From the NCBI GenBank assembly GCA_030390025.1, contig CM059432.1:82710001-82774000 (forward strand): a DNA stretch of 64,000 nucleotides, written 5' to 3'. The notes below the pieces were generated by a model, which was given only the letters and a program-made list of their open reading frames with translations, did not search any database and was not told the DNA's origin. Shown piece by piece: positions 49,169 to 62,413 of this stretch. A program made the translations under genes and the position numbers. The stretch is from Squalus acanthias. Its lineage: Eukaryota. How positions within the stretch are numbered: position 1 is the stretch's first letter; every line of letters starts with the position of its first letter.

Positions 49169-49393
49169 AACCTCTGCATGTTGTCACACACAGTCTATAC
49201 TGTGAAAGAGTGAAACCTCTGCATGTTGTCACACACAGTCTATACTGTGAAAGAGTGGAACCTCTGCATGTTGTCACACACAGTCTATACTGTGAAAGAG
49301 TGAAACCTCTGCATGTTGTCACACACAGTCTATACTGTGAAAGAGTGAAACCTCTGCATGTTGTCACACACAGTCTATACTGTGAAAGAGTGG
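49169..49393. repeat. 45-bp minisatellite x5
   Basis: Unit AACCTCTGCATGTTGTCACACACAGTCTATACTGTGAAAGAGTG(A/G). Confidence 0.95.
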
Positions 49394-50329
49394 AAACTCT
49401 TCCTGTTGAGAAAGTTGAGGGGATTTTCTGCAGGAGTTCACAAAGCAATCTGGGGGCCATCTATTGCATCCTGGCCCCTGAGAAAGCCGGCAACCCCGTA
49501 ATACTGGATTTTGCCCATTAGCTATAATGCGCAATACCTGTTTTGCTACTGCCTTGCTGTGATGCCAAAGTCTACAAATTCCTCATCTGTCCAGTGATTC
49601 AGTCACTTGTCGATTGCATGTCCTTACTGTGCCCTGGCTGATATTACAGAGATTCCCCTGTGGCTGTCTGAAATAACCCTGCGCCATAAAGGTTGAATGT
49701 AGTAATCACCTTCATAGCTACAGAGAGAGCAGTGCAGGCAGATGACTGTGACTGCAGGTCCTCATGCAACAGACGGCAGGGCTGCCCTATTGGCTCTTTG
49801 GTGAAGTGCATTCTTCTAATGCATATCTCCTCACTAATCTCCTCATATAGCCTGTGTTGTCTGCATATTATTTGGGGAGGTGTAATTCATGGTGGGGTGC
49901 ATCCTCCTTAAATGCTGCCTCATTCCCTTTCCTCCATCCTCTCCTCCCCTCCTCCATGATAATGGCATATAATGGTATTCCCATAGAGGGTGCCATGCCT
50001 GCTCCTGAGGAGCCCTCACTGTGGGCAGGCGTAGAGGGAAGTCAAAAACTGCTGGTGGCCCCACACTCCCAGAAGCAAAACCAAGGCAAAGGCTGTGTGG
50101 GCAAAATGCCAAAAGAATCGCTCCAAAAAGTTGTTCCCAGCTGCAGTAATCACTCTTCAAACTTTCAGCAATCTCCAGGCTCAAAACACTGTCTGAGGTA
50201 ATCCTGGCAACAGCAATGCCTTCTATTTCTAATTCTAACTTCTCCTACTGCATTGCGAGTGTAAATCTGGAAAATTGTGGCTCCATTGTCTCTCATTAGC
50301 TTATTTTATAATGAGGTTGCTGAGGACCC

Positions 50330-50613
50330 CTAATCCTTTGTTCCTTAACCTGTCCCATTACCATCTCCTTTTGCCTTGAATATCTCTTAATGTCTCTTAA
50401 CCTCTCCTGCCTTCTATCCTATCACAGACCTTCCCTTTTGTTCTTTCATCCCCTCCCCCCTTTCCCAGCCCCTACACTTGCTTAAAAATCTGTTCCATTT
50501 CCTGCTTTTTTCCAGTTCTGACGAAAGGTCATCGACCTGAAACGTTAACTCTGTTTCTCTCTTCACAGATGCTGCCTGACCTGCTGAGTATCTCCAGCAT
50601 TTTCTGTTTTCAT
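50330..50613 (+). mobile_element. PLE terminal-repeat fragment with a hammerhead at 50514-50550
   Basis: Pyrimidine-rich tract followed by AGTT-CTGACGA-A-AGGTC-ATC-GACCT-GAAA-CGTT-AACT and the arm shared with 115-313. Confidence 0.72.
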
Positions 50614-50867
50614 TTCACTCTTTACTTTCTCTGGTTTCTTTCTCGATCCACCTCAGAAGCTTGTGTCATCTTCCATGACTTCCTATACTGTGAACTAACC
50701 ATTGTGTGGCACAATATCAAAAGCCTTGCTGAAATCTAGATATACGATATCCACAGAATTTCCTTTGTCAGTAAGGCCTGTCATTTCCTCAAAGAAGTCT
50801 AGTCATTTTTTTAGGTTAGATCTCCCTCCCATAAAACTCTCTTACCCGACCTATCCAGGCATCGATA

Positions 50868-51170
50868 GCACCTCCCAAACCCGCGACCTCTACCACCGAG
50901 AAGGAAAAGAGCAGCAGGCGCATGGGAACAGAATCACCTGCAAGTTCCCCTCCAAGTCAGACACCATCCTGATTTGGATATATATCACAGTTCCTTCATC
51001 ATTGCTGGGTCAAAATCCTGGCACTCTGTACCTAACAACTCTGTGGGAGCACTTTCACTACATGGACTGCAGCCGTTCAAGAAGGCGGCTCACCACCACC
51101 TTCTCAAGGGCAACTAGGGATGGCCAATAAATGCTGGACTTACTAACATCCCAAAAATGAATTAAAAAAA
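50868..51170 (+). mobile_element. L2/CR1-group LINE 3' end
   Basis: Homologous to 52425-52757; ends AATAAATGCTGG...ATCCC...TGAATTAAA. Confidence 0.65.
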
Positions 51171-51511
51171 CGATGCCTTCTAATGCTTAACTAACAACAG
51201 ATTTTAGGGTCACAGGTGCTATGTTATCTATTTTACAATCCTCGGGCACTACTCCCATTTCTAATGATTCCCTAAAGATAGTGGTAAGGATGTGACTGAT
51301 TGATTTTGCTTGCCACTGTTTTAAGCACCCCTGTCCATAGGGGCCAGGTTCCTTGTCTTCCGTTAACTTCTTTTAGAGCCGATAGTACTTCCTCTGTTCC
51401 TCCTGGAAATTTAATTTCCATGCTGAAGAGACTGCCCGTGGTCTCCTCTGTGAACAGAGAAAAGAATAATTCCCTTGGTTTATTTGCTGTCCCATGATCC
51501 TTGATATCATT

Positions 51512-51912
51512 GCCAGAGACTTGAGCACAAAAATCTAGGCTGACACTCCAGTGCTGTACTGAGGGAGTGCTGCACTGTCGGAGGTGCCGTCTTTCGGATG
51601 CGATGTTACACCGAGGCCCCGTCTGCTCTCTCAGGTGGACGTAAAAGATCCCATGGCACTATTTCGAAGAAGAGTAGGGGAGTTATCCCCGGTGTCCTGG
51701 CCAATAGTTATCCCTCAATCAACATCACTAAAATAGATTATTTGGTCATTATCACATTAATGTTTGTGGGAGCTTGCTGTACACAGATTGGCTGCCGCAT
51801 TTCCTGCATTACAACAGTGATTACACTTCAAAAAGTATTTCATTGACTGTAAAGCGCATTGAGACATCCTGAGGTCATGAAAGACAAGTATAGAAATACA
51901 AGTCTTTCTTTT
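51512..51912 (+). mobile_element. Deu-domain SINE (SacSINE1-like)
   Basis: GGTGCCGTCTTTCGGATG core; colinear with 9790-10148. Confidence 0.75.
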
Positions 51913-52424
51913 TATTGTCACCTTTGGGATCTTCCAACGATCCCACCATTTCCTTTTCACCTGCTTGCTGCAAATATATTTATAGAAATGCTTGACATTT
52001 CTTTTAATATTCCTCGCTATCCTCAGTTTTTTCTATTTTAGCTCTCCTGACCGGTTTCCTAACCACCGTCACTTTGATTTTGTATTCATCTAAGTTCACT
52101 GTGCTACCCAATAGTTTTATCTTTTAGGAACAAATTTTTTTTCCCCTGTATCCCCGATATTTTTCCATCGTTGCTCCCAGCAGCCTTATCTGTCTGTTAT
52201 CCTTCTTCCTTAGTGGCATGTCTCTGTTCTATACTCTGTGTACACTCTTCCTACATGCACAGGGATACAGATTACTTCATAGAGATAGAAAAGACAAACT
52301 GGCAGGGGTTGTAACTTCTTCCAAACTTTTCCCATTTCATTGTGCTGTCCAGTCTAGCTTTCTTAGCTCACATCTAATCGATTCAAAATCTGCCTTTTCT
52401 AAAGCAGGAGATTTTCTACTTGGG

Positions 52425-52757
52425 CGCCAAAGGTTTCTTCGGCAGCACCTCCCAAACCCGTGACCTCTACCACATACAAGGACAAGGGCAGCAGGTGCAT
52501 GGGAACACCACCACCTCCAAGTTCTCCTCAAAGTCACACAACATCCCGTCTTGGAAATATATCGCCAGTCCTTCATCGTCGCTGGGTCAAAATCCTGGAA
52601 CTCCCTCCCTAACATCACTGTGCGAGTACCTTCACCACAAGGACTGCAGCGGTTCAAGAAGGCGGCTCACCACCACCTTCTCAAGGGCAATTAGGGATGG
52701 GCAATAAATGCTGGCTTCGCCAGCGACACCCACATCCCATGAGCGAATTAAATAAAA
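52425..52757 (+). mobile_element. L2/CR1-group LINE 3' end
   Basis: Homologous to 50868-51170. Confidence 0.65.
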
Positions 52758-54269
52758 GGCGCAATATCAGCAGCGTCTGCCCAGTACGGCAGTTGGGAGA
52801 TTTGGACCTCATTAACATTCTTCCAGTGAGCTGCAGGCGTTAAATGGGAGCTCCGCTGCAGTTCACCAGTATCCTGCGGCAGACAATAGGCCAGATGTAG
52901 CACACAGCTGGCCAGCAGGTAAGACCTGTTTCGGGGGGGTGGTGGTGTGCAGTGGACGCCGAGGGGTGGGTGGGCGGAATGAGATCGGGCCGGCGGTGAG
53001 CCGGAAATTTTTTCTGGGGCCTGGAAGAGCACTTCCTGGCCCCACAAAATCTTTAAAATAACAATATATTTACCTTTTTAGAAAGGCCTTCTTTAAGGAC
53101 CACCTGTTATCCTCTCAACACCTGGAGAAAGTGGGACTGGCATGTACCATGCATGCTCCATCCATTTGTCCAAGAAAATTGCAATCAGGGTCCTACAACA
53201 GGCATTGAACCCCGATTTGTATAAACAGCCTTTTGTCTGTTTTGGCAGGTGTCCATTTAAAGGCCTGCCTGAAAATTGATTCAAGTGAGTTAATGGGTGC
53301 ATAAAGTCCCCACCAGATTTTCCTCTGCTGATATCCTGTTTTCCAGATGAGAAACAGATGGCTGGCAGTTAAAAAATTCCCTTCATTGTTTCAATTGTAC
53401 TCATCCTTTGTCCAGCATAACCCTGACCTTAAACCTTACCATATTATGGTCACTGTTGCTAAGGTGATCTCTGACTCTGACCTGCTCTACCATCGCCTGG
53501 ATATTATTTAATATCAGGTCCAATAGCACTGGCTCAAATGGTTTCCTTGACTAATTATTCCGTGTAGCGATCAAATATTGTGTCCAGGATCACATTTTAA
53601 CCCATTATAGATTTTTCAATCTTTGCTGGTAATTTTCAGTCACCCATACTACTGGAACACGCTTCCCTTACTTGATTACAAAGTTCTTAGTCCAATCGCT
53701 CCTCCTGACCTGGTGGCCTATGGTAGACACTCATTGTTAGTTTCCGTCCCCTCATGTCTCTCATCACCATAAAAAAGGTTTCCACCTTATCCACGCCCAG
53801 ACCAAAGAGAGCCACCACCATTATAATCAAATCCTCTTTCATGTAAAAAGTTACACCCCCTCCCAGTTTGTCATTTCTATCTCGCCGAAGTAATCTGTAT
53901 AATTGTGCATTGATCCAACATTTTTGAACCACTTCCTCCAATGGCTCACTGGGGGCTAAATTGGATAGCCCCCGAAAATGGGCGCAGAGATCCCAATGCG
54001 TGATTACCCCATGCCCATTCAGTGTAATGCAGGCATCATGCCAACTTTGTTCTGCCTGCTTATTATAATGGTTGTTGTGTGTAGCCAGCGCTCCCCGCGC
54101 TGTTCATTGGCTGCAAACATCGGCAGAGGGCCCAATATCATTACTTGCTAGCACTACTTAAAGCTAGCCTGCACTGCTTAAAGCTAGCCTGCACCTCTTA
54201 AAGGCCAGCTGCATTGTGGCTGCTGAAGATCCTGAGATCATTCAGAATAGTGCTGTGCTACAAAGAACA

Positions 54270-56139
54270 ATGGCTGACCATGGGAGCAAGCAGGCTCCAA
54301 GGTTTTCCGACACTGCACTGGAGATCTTGGTGGAGGAGGTGGAAAGGAGGAGAGATGTCCTGTATCCGTAGTGGGCCAGGAGGCCCTCCAGAGACATGAT
54401 GAGAAGGCAGTGGGAACAGATGGAGTTTAGCTTTGAGGAGCTGGATGCAGTTCCGCAAGAAGTTCAATGACCTCACATGAGTGGTCAAGGTCAGTGAATG
54501 CAGCTTCAAATGTCATATCCCAGAAACTGCACCACTAGCCTCAGCCACTGCTCAATTCACCTCACCCCCATCACTCACCTACCAGCAATCTCCATCAATC
54601 AGGACTCCGACCTAATATTCACAGCTTCACCTCACCCTCACACTGTTGCAAGCGTCAAAGCCACATCTCACACCTTGCACACACTGTCAGCTATTCAACC
54701 ATGACAGCCACATCACACAAACATATTGCACGACACTCACTGACACACTTCCCTCTCTCTTGCAGGAGAAAGTGGCATACAACCAGAAGCAGCAGGAACT
54801 AACCGGAGGGGGAGAGGTGTGCATGTTCTAACCCCCATGGAGGAGACCGTGTTGGCCATTATTGGAATGGCCATTGCTGAGTCCGTGGCCAGCGGTCATT
54901 GAAAATTATGGTATCCTCATTTCTAATCCTCCTTCTCACATCCCACTTCCCCCTCATCCACAATCTCTTCTGATTTAAAAGCTGCAGATGGTGTAACAAT
55001 GCACTTCTTCTTTCCCCTCTCCCCTCACCACAACCTTACCCTTGTCCCTTTTTCCTTTCAGATACCCAAGAACTGCAACCTGCCCAGGCAGTGGAGGAAG
55101 AGCAAGAAGACAGTGAAGATGAAGACACACCGTCACCCGATTTCACACTCACAACCATCAGCTCAGATACTGGCACTGCACGTATCTTAGAGGATAGCAT
55201 AGAGGCAGGATCTGCTCATGGTGAGACACCAGGCACGATTGCGCTGCAGCCAGGGCAAGGGGCAGGAATAGCACAGGTGCCAGCTTGCCAGAGGGTGAGG
55301 TCGCACACGAGTTTTGCTGCAGAGGACTCAGATGAGCACTTCAATGGGGCGGACTACAGAAGAAGGCTGATGGGTCCACTCACCAAAATGCTTGGGGCAT
55401 TGGAAAGCCTGTCAGAAAGCCTGCGTTCAATGTCACGGAGCATGGAGGAGTCCGGGACCAACTTGGCACAGAGCTTTGCGCCTTGGAACCCATCCTTTCC
55501 AGCATGGAACTGGTGGCCAACTCCAACAACACACTTGTGCACCCAACCATGATGCAGTGTCTGATAACTGATGTCTCAGCTTCCATTGCAGCACAATCAG
55601 CTTCCACCAAAAGTCTGAGTGCTGCAGTGGAGGCTCAGACTGAAGTCATGCAAGGTCAGCTTGCTGTTGTGCAAGCTCAGACTGATGCCACCACGGCTGT
55701 GGATACCAGTGTTCAAAGGGGCTTGCAGTGTGTCACAGCAGTCCAGCAATCTGTCCTCCAACAGAGTACTAGGATTGCTGAGGCGCCTCCCCGGGGGAGT
55801 GGCAGTGGCTCCATGGAGCATGAATCTGCTGGCCTCTCTCAGGATGACAGCATTTGTGCTCCCATCCCTGCCACTCTGCTAGTGCCCTTGCTGTTGCTTG
55901 TCAACCAGCCAGCCCAGACTGCTGCTGTCCATGCCGAGATGGTGCAGTCTGAAGCCAGGTCTTCTAGGCCCAGAGCTACTTGAGGTCATCCTCCAAGGCC
56001 ATCTGCAGTCTCCTCCACTGAAAGTCAGCAGCCTTCCACCAGCCATGCTGCAGCCACTGGGGTAGCACTGCGTAGGAGCACGAGGACAGGCAAAGACACA
56101 CAAAAGACAAACACTAAGGGAATGCATGAGGGTGATTAG
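54270..56139 (+). pseudogene. Myb/SANT-like partner gene of Harbinger C (exons approximately 54270-54489, 54766-54910, 55062-56139)
   Basis: APRFSDTALEILVEEVERRRDVLYP...RKKFNDLT; EKVAYNQKQQELTGGG; LSQDDSI. Contains stops and frameshifts. Confidence 0.8.
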
Positions 56140-56310
56140 TTTATGTTTGTAAGCAATATGGCATGATTTCATTTATAAATTTGGTTTGGAATGTTTATAT
56201 TGTGTTGGCTTTTATTTTTGCATTGTGGCCAAAAGGACGATATGATGATCAGTGACAGAGGGAAAGTAAGGAGTGTTGGACTGTTGGTGGATGGGGAATT
56301 GGGATTCAGG

Positions 56311-57740
56311 TTACTGGTATTGCACTTGAGTTAGTTCTTCATGTACAGCCCGGGCAGAAAGGGGCTCTCTAGGTTGCAGCCTCCTTTCCTCTTCCTCCTT
56401 TTCTGCCTCCTCCTCTTCCTCTTTTTCCTCCTCCTCATGCTCCTGCTCCTCAGCCTGATAGGTGGTGGCAAGGGCAGTTCCCTCATGATGGCAAGGTTGA
56501 GACCCACTCAGCCGAGTACTACAGGGCTCTTCCAGCGCGGTCCTAGCAGCGGAATCATTGCTTCAGCATGCCAATTGTCTGCTCTATCACATTTCTTGGT
56601 GCAGCATGGCTCTTATTGTATGCATGCTGCACATGTGTGTGTGGGTTGCGAACTGGTGTCATGAGCCATGTCGTCAATGGATAGCCCTTGTCACCCACTA
56701 GCGACCCTTTGGTTTGCCGTGGTGGCTGAAATACAGCTGGCACAGCCAACTGCCGCAGAATGAAGGCATCATGACTGCTGCCAGGATACCGGGCATTGAC
56801 CTGCATGATGCGCTGCGTATGGTCACACACCAGCTGCATGTTGAGGGAGTGGAATCCTTTTCAGTTCTGGGACATGACAGAATTGACATGCGGCTCCCAC
56901 AAAGCAATGTATGTGGAGTCAATGACATCCTGCACCATGGAGATGCCTGCAATCCTGGAAAATCCTCATGCTCCCTCCACCTGCTTCTCTCCGGCAAGAG
57001 GGAATGAAATGAAGTTATCTCTCTTTGAATATAGCACCTCAGTTACCTCCCTTATGCAACAGTGAATGGTAACCTGTGAGATGTTGCTAATATCTCCAGC
57101 ACCAGCCTGGAAGGAGCCAGATGCTTAAAAGTTCATAGCCACGGTCACCTTCACAGATACTGGCAATGCAGTCCTTGCTCTTCTCTGAGGTTGCAGTTGT
57201 GGCTGCAGCAGTTGGCAGATTTCAGCCCTTGCCACCATCTATCAGGCGAGAAGCTGAGGAGCAGGAACACGAGGAGGAGGAGGAGGAGGAAGAGCAGGAG
57301 GCAGAAGAGGAGGAATAGGAAGAGGAGGAAGAAGAGGAAGAGGAAGGGAGGCTGCAACCTAGACAGCTCCTTTCTGCCTGGGCTGTGGGTGAACAACTAA
57401 CTCAAATGTGATACCAGTAACCTGAACCCCAATTCCCCATTCACCAACAGTCTCACACTCCTTACCTTCCCTCTGTCACTGACTATCACATTGTCCTCTT
57501 CAACATAATGCAAAAATAAAAGACCTCCTTAGTGAAGCACAGACTTCTCAAACATTGGTCGTCGCTGAGGTTCAGGTAGGAGAATTGCTCCCTGAACACC
57601 CTGGGCAGATATGGCCACCTGCTGAGAGCCCTTCTCCCCCTCCTCCTCCTTCCTCTAGCAGCTTGACCTGCTCTGTGTGGCCTCTGGCCATTCTCCCAGT
57701 CAAGCTCTATTCCAAGAGGAAGGCCTACTAGTGCACCCAT
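56311..57740 (-). pseudogene. Harbinger C transposase, frameshifted
   Basis: [35 protein letters not shown] and [10 protein letters not shown]. Confidence 0.88.
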
Positions 57741-58296
57741 GTCTGGGAGTAACTAGTTTGTGTAGAAGCCTTGAAGTCAACAAAAAGTACTTCAGCACCT
57801 GCCATTTACACTTTTGAAACTTGAAACAACTATGGAAAGCATCAAAAACATGTAGAATTGTAGCAACAGCCAGAAGAAATCAACCAGCAACTAACCTGTA
57901 AGTAGTTGATGATCCCTTTAAGTAGCGCTGCTGGGGGTGGGGGGGGGGGGGGGGGGGGGGCGGGGAGGTGTCCTTCCTGCTGCTTAATACGTGTTCAGCT
58001 GTGCAAGCTTAAGAGACGGTGTTGGCTGGAGCATCGAGCTCCAAAATGGCAGCGCTGGCATTAAATTAGAGTTGCACGCTGATTGATGTCATGATCTGCC
58101 TGCTCTGCATACTTCCGGCAGACGTTAAGTGCACACGCTCGAACCCCTTTACCAAGATGGTGCCTGGCGCGCTTTGCATCAGAAGTGTTCGCGCACGCGT
58201 GCCACGGACACCATTTTGGATCCCTAACGGCACTCGTAGCGCCCAAAAAACAAGTGCTACGATGCCCAATTTCTCACTCACTGAGTTTATCCAATG

Positions 58297-61257
58297 AGAA
58301 GCTAAGCTAACGGTAGCATTGCAGCAGAGAATAAGGTCAAAGCAGGGAATAATGGTAAAAAAATTAAATTAAAGGCTCTTTATCTGAATGCATGAGGTAT
58401 TCGTAACAAGATAGACGAACTAGTGGCACAAGTAGAGATAAATGGGCTTGATCTAATAGCCATTACAGAGATGTGGTTGCAAGGTGGCCAAGGTTGGGAA
58501 CTAAATGTTCCAAGGTACATGGCATTTCGAAAAGACAGGCAGAATGGAAAAGGAGGGGGAGTAGCCCTGATAATAAAGGATGACATAAGGACAGTAGCGA
58601 GAAAGGATCTCGGCTCGGTAGATCAGGAAGTGGAATCAGTGTGGGTGGAGATAAGGAATAACAAGGGGCAGAAAACACTGGTAGGAGTAGTATATAGGCC
58701 CCCTAACAGTAGCTATACTGTTGGACAAAACATTAATCAAGTAATAGTAGGAGCTTGCAACAAAGGTAATGCAATAATCTTGGGGGACTTTAATCTTCAT
58801 ATAGACTGGACAAATCAAATTGGCAAAGGTAGTCTGGAGGATGAGTTCATGGAATGCATTTGCGACAGTTTCCTAGAACAATATGTCATGGAACCAACCA
58901 GGGAACAGCTTGAGGCTATTTTAGATCTTGTATTGTGTAATGAGACAGGGTTAATTAGCAATCTCATAGTAAAGGATCCTCTGGGGCAGAGTGATCATAA
59001 TATGATAGAATTTCACCTTAATTTTGAGAGTGACTTGCCTAAGTCCGAAACTAGAGTCTTAAACTTAAATAAAGCCAATTACATAGGTATGAGGGGTGAG
59101 TTGGCTAAGGTAGATTGGAAAAATAGATGAAAAGGTATGGCGGTAGATAAGCAGTGGTTAGCATTTAAAGATATATTTCATAATTCTCAACAAAAATACA
59201 TTCCATTGAGAAACAAAAACAAGTGATCCAACCGTGGCTAACTAAAGAAGTTAAGGATAGCATTAGATTGAAAGAAGAAGCTTATAATGTTGCAAAGAAC
59301 AATAGTAAGCCTAAGGATTGGGAGAGTTTCAGAAACCAGCAAAGGTTGACCAAAAAATTGGGAAAAAAAGGGGGAAAATAGTATACAAGAAAAAACTAGC
59401 AAGAAATATAAAAGCAGATTGTAAGAGCTTCTACAAGTATGTAAAAAGGAAGAGAGTAGCAAAAGTAAACTTTGGTCCCTTAGAGGCTGAGACAGGAGAA
59501 ATTATTATGGAGAATAAGGAAATGGCAGAAACGTTAAACAAATATTTTGTATCTGTCTTCACAGTAGAAGACACAAAAAACATACCAAAAATGGTGGGGA
59601 ACCAAGGGTCTAATGAAGGTGAGGAACTTAACGTAATTAATATAAGTAGAGAAAAAGTACTAGAGAAACTAATGGGATTAAAAGCTGACAAATCCCTTGG
59701 ACCTGATGGCCTACATCCTAGGGTTCTAAAAGAGGTGGCTGAAGAGATAGTGGATGCATTGGTTTTGATCTTCCAAAATTCCCTAGATTCTAGAATGGTC
59801 CCAGCGGATTGGAAGGTCGCAAATGTAACACCGCTATTCAAGAAAGGAGGGAGAGAAAAAACAGGGAACTGCAGACCAGTTAGCCTGACATCAGTCGTCA
59901 GGAAAATGCTGGAAACCATTGTTAAGGAAGTGGTATCAGGGCACTTAGAAAATCATAACTTGATTAGGCAGAGTCAACATGGTTTTATGAAAGGGAAATC
60001 ATGTTTCACAAATTTATTAGAGTTTTTTGAGGATGTAACTAGCAAGGTAGATAAAGGGGAACCAGTGGATGTAGTATATTTGGATTTCCAAAAGGCATTC
60101 GATAAGGTGCCACACAAAAGGTTATTACACAAGATTAGGGCTCAAGGGGTTGGGGGTAATAGAGTAGTATGGATAGAGGATTGGTTAACGGACAGAAAAC
60201 AGACAGTAGGGATAGACAGATCTTTTTCAGGTTGGCAGACACTAACTAGTGGGGTGCCGCAAGGATCAGTGTTGAGGTCTCAGCTATTTACAATCTATAT
60301 TAATGACCTAGATGAAGGGACTGAATGTAATGTATCCAAGTTTGCTGATGATACAAAGCTAGGTGGGACAGTAGGCTGTGAGGAGAACACAAAGAGTCTG
60401 CAAAGGGATATAGATAGACTAAGTGAGTGGGCAGTAAGGTGGCAGATGGAGTATAATGTAGTGAAATGTGAGGTTATTCACTTTGGTAGGAAGAATAGAA
60501 AAACAGAATCTTTTTTAAATGGTGAGAAACTTTCAAATGTTTGTTTTCAGAGAGATTTGGGTGTCCTCGTGCAAGAAACACAGAAAGCTAGCGTGCAGGT
60601 ACAGCAAGCAATAAGGAAGGCAAATGGCATGTTGGCCTTTAATGCAAGGGGGTTGGAGTATAAGAGTAAGGAAATCCTGCTACAATTGTACAGGGCCTTG
60701 GTGAGACAACACCTGGAGTACTGTGCACAGTTTTGGTCTCCTTATCTAAGGAAGGATATACTTGCCTTGGAGGCGGTGCAACGAAGGTTCACTAGATTGA
60801 TTCCTGGGATGAGAGATTGTGTAGAATGGATCTATACTCTCTGGAGTTTAGAAGAATGAGAGGTAATCTCATTGAAACATACAAGATTCTGAAGGGGATT
60901 GACAGGGTAGATGCTGAGAGGTTGTTTCCCCTGGCTGGGGTGTCTAGAACTAGGGGGCATAGTCTCAGGATAAGGGCTAGGCCATTTAAGACTGAGATGA
61001 GGAGGAATTTCTTCACTCAGAGGGTTGTGAATCTTTGGAATTTTCTGCCCCAAAGGGCTGTGGATGCTGAGTCTTTGAGTATATTCAAGGCTGAGATAGA
61101 TAGATAGATTTTTGGACTCTAGGGGAATCAAGGGATATGGAGATCAAGCAGGAAAGTGGAGTTGAGGTTGATGATCAGCCATGATCTTATTGAATGGCGG
61201 AGCAGGCTCGAGGGGCCATATGGCCTACTCCTGCTCTTATTTCTTATGTTCTTATGT
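58297..61257 (+). mobile_element. CR1 LINE with nearly complete ORF2
   Basis: Endonuclease at 58423-59130 (ITEMW, GDFN, SDH); RT at 59318-60859 (FADDTKLG); (TTCTTATG)n tail. Confidence 0.93.
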
Positions 61258-61644
61258 CCTCCACATTAGAAAAATCCCAGGTTTAACCACCAGCCTGTGT
61301 TTCAGCTAGGGTGGCATTAGGAATAGTAAAATTGGGTCAGCCAAGGTTCCATTTCTGATACTTTTCCAAGAAAGCCTACTGGAAATGCAAAAATTCTCCC
61401 CTGTTATTTATTTACCACAAATCACAATCAGCAGCTATAATCTGTTTAGGAGTAGGAGGAGTTAGTGAGTGCAGAAAATGGGTCAAACACTGGTGGACAG
61501 GGGAAAGAGGAATAGTGTTCGAGCTTCATTTTTTTCATTGCTCTCTGAGGAATTTCCAGGAGCATTATTAGGAAGTGACAGACATTTGAAATTTACAAGT
61601 ATACACCTAAGGGTTCTCAACTAACATTAGGCCATAGCTGCAAA

Positions 61645-61650
61645 TGAGAG

Positions 61651-61723
<73 letters not shown>

Positions 61724-61741
61724 GATAGAGAAAGAGAGAGA
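61645..61741. repeat. (AGAT)n/(AG)n compound microsatellite
   Basis: Read directly from the sequence. Confidence 0.95.
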
Positions 61742-62413
61742 CCTTGAAGATAATCTGCCCTCCTACAACATGAGAAAGTACCTGTCTCCTACTATTTCCT
61801 ACTATAATACAGAGACGATTAACTTCTTATATTACAGTATCACCTGATGATAATTTTTACATGTAAACACATTCACTATTGAAGACAGCAATTGGCGTCA
61901 CCCCCTTCAGCAGTGCCTGGTACCTGAACAAGGCAGATGATATCATTGTTGTAGCTGTTGAGACTGCGCACTGTAGCAATGTCATCCGAAAGGTACAGAG
62001 AGTTAATGCTTAACTAAGTTAATGGTTAACTCAATAGTGATTTTAAAAAGTTTTTGCTCTGCGAGGAGAACAGCTGTAGTTAAGAACTAGTTAATTATAC
62101 CTTTAGAACTACTTACGTTTCTGTGCGTGAGCTTAAGAGTATTGGCAGACTATTCCATCACGCAGGGCATCAGAACCAACCCCAATCCTGTCCTCACCCA
62201 ACATCCACATTTCCAGCACTGGACAACATTCAGGAATGAAAAACTTTGCAGACTTTCGCCTCCCTAACCCAATGTTGCTCAAGTTGATTGTAGAACTTCT
62301 ACTGCTGCCCCAGATGAGATCAGTTAACTCATTATGGACTTAATCTGCATGGCTCAGGTATTGACTGAACAAATTAGCTGAGCCATGAGAGGTCTGACTT
62401 TCATCTCCTAATG

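Larger units (their letters stand above)
53951..58279 (-). mobile_element. Decayed autonomous Harbinger of a distant family (copy C)
   Basis: Ends GGGGGCTAAATTGG / CCAATTTCTCACTC. TSD ACT at 53948-53950 and 58280-58282. Two convergent pseudogenes. Confidence 0.85.

Noticed and set aside
48725..50285. A further decayed Harbinger
   Set aside because: There is only faint similarity and a possible right TIR near 50270; no left end or TSD could be supported.
52760..53383. Additional MITEs (also 9060-9189 and 23610-23870)
   Set aside because: These look like one-ended Harbinger-MITE remnants, but paired TIRs and TSDs could not be established.
57933..57966. Poly-G tract as a functional G-quadruplex
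   Set aside because: It is a homopolymer in a dead element, its length is error-prone, and there is no independent support.
61880..62010. Candidate host exon (also 39058-39092 and near 23370)
   Set aside because: Only short open frames and splice-like motifs; no recognisable protein and no consistent multi-exon frame.
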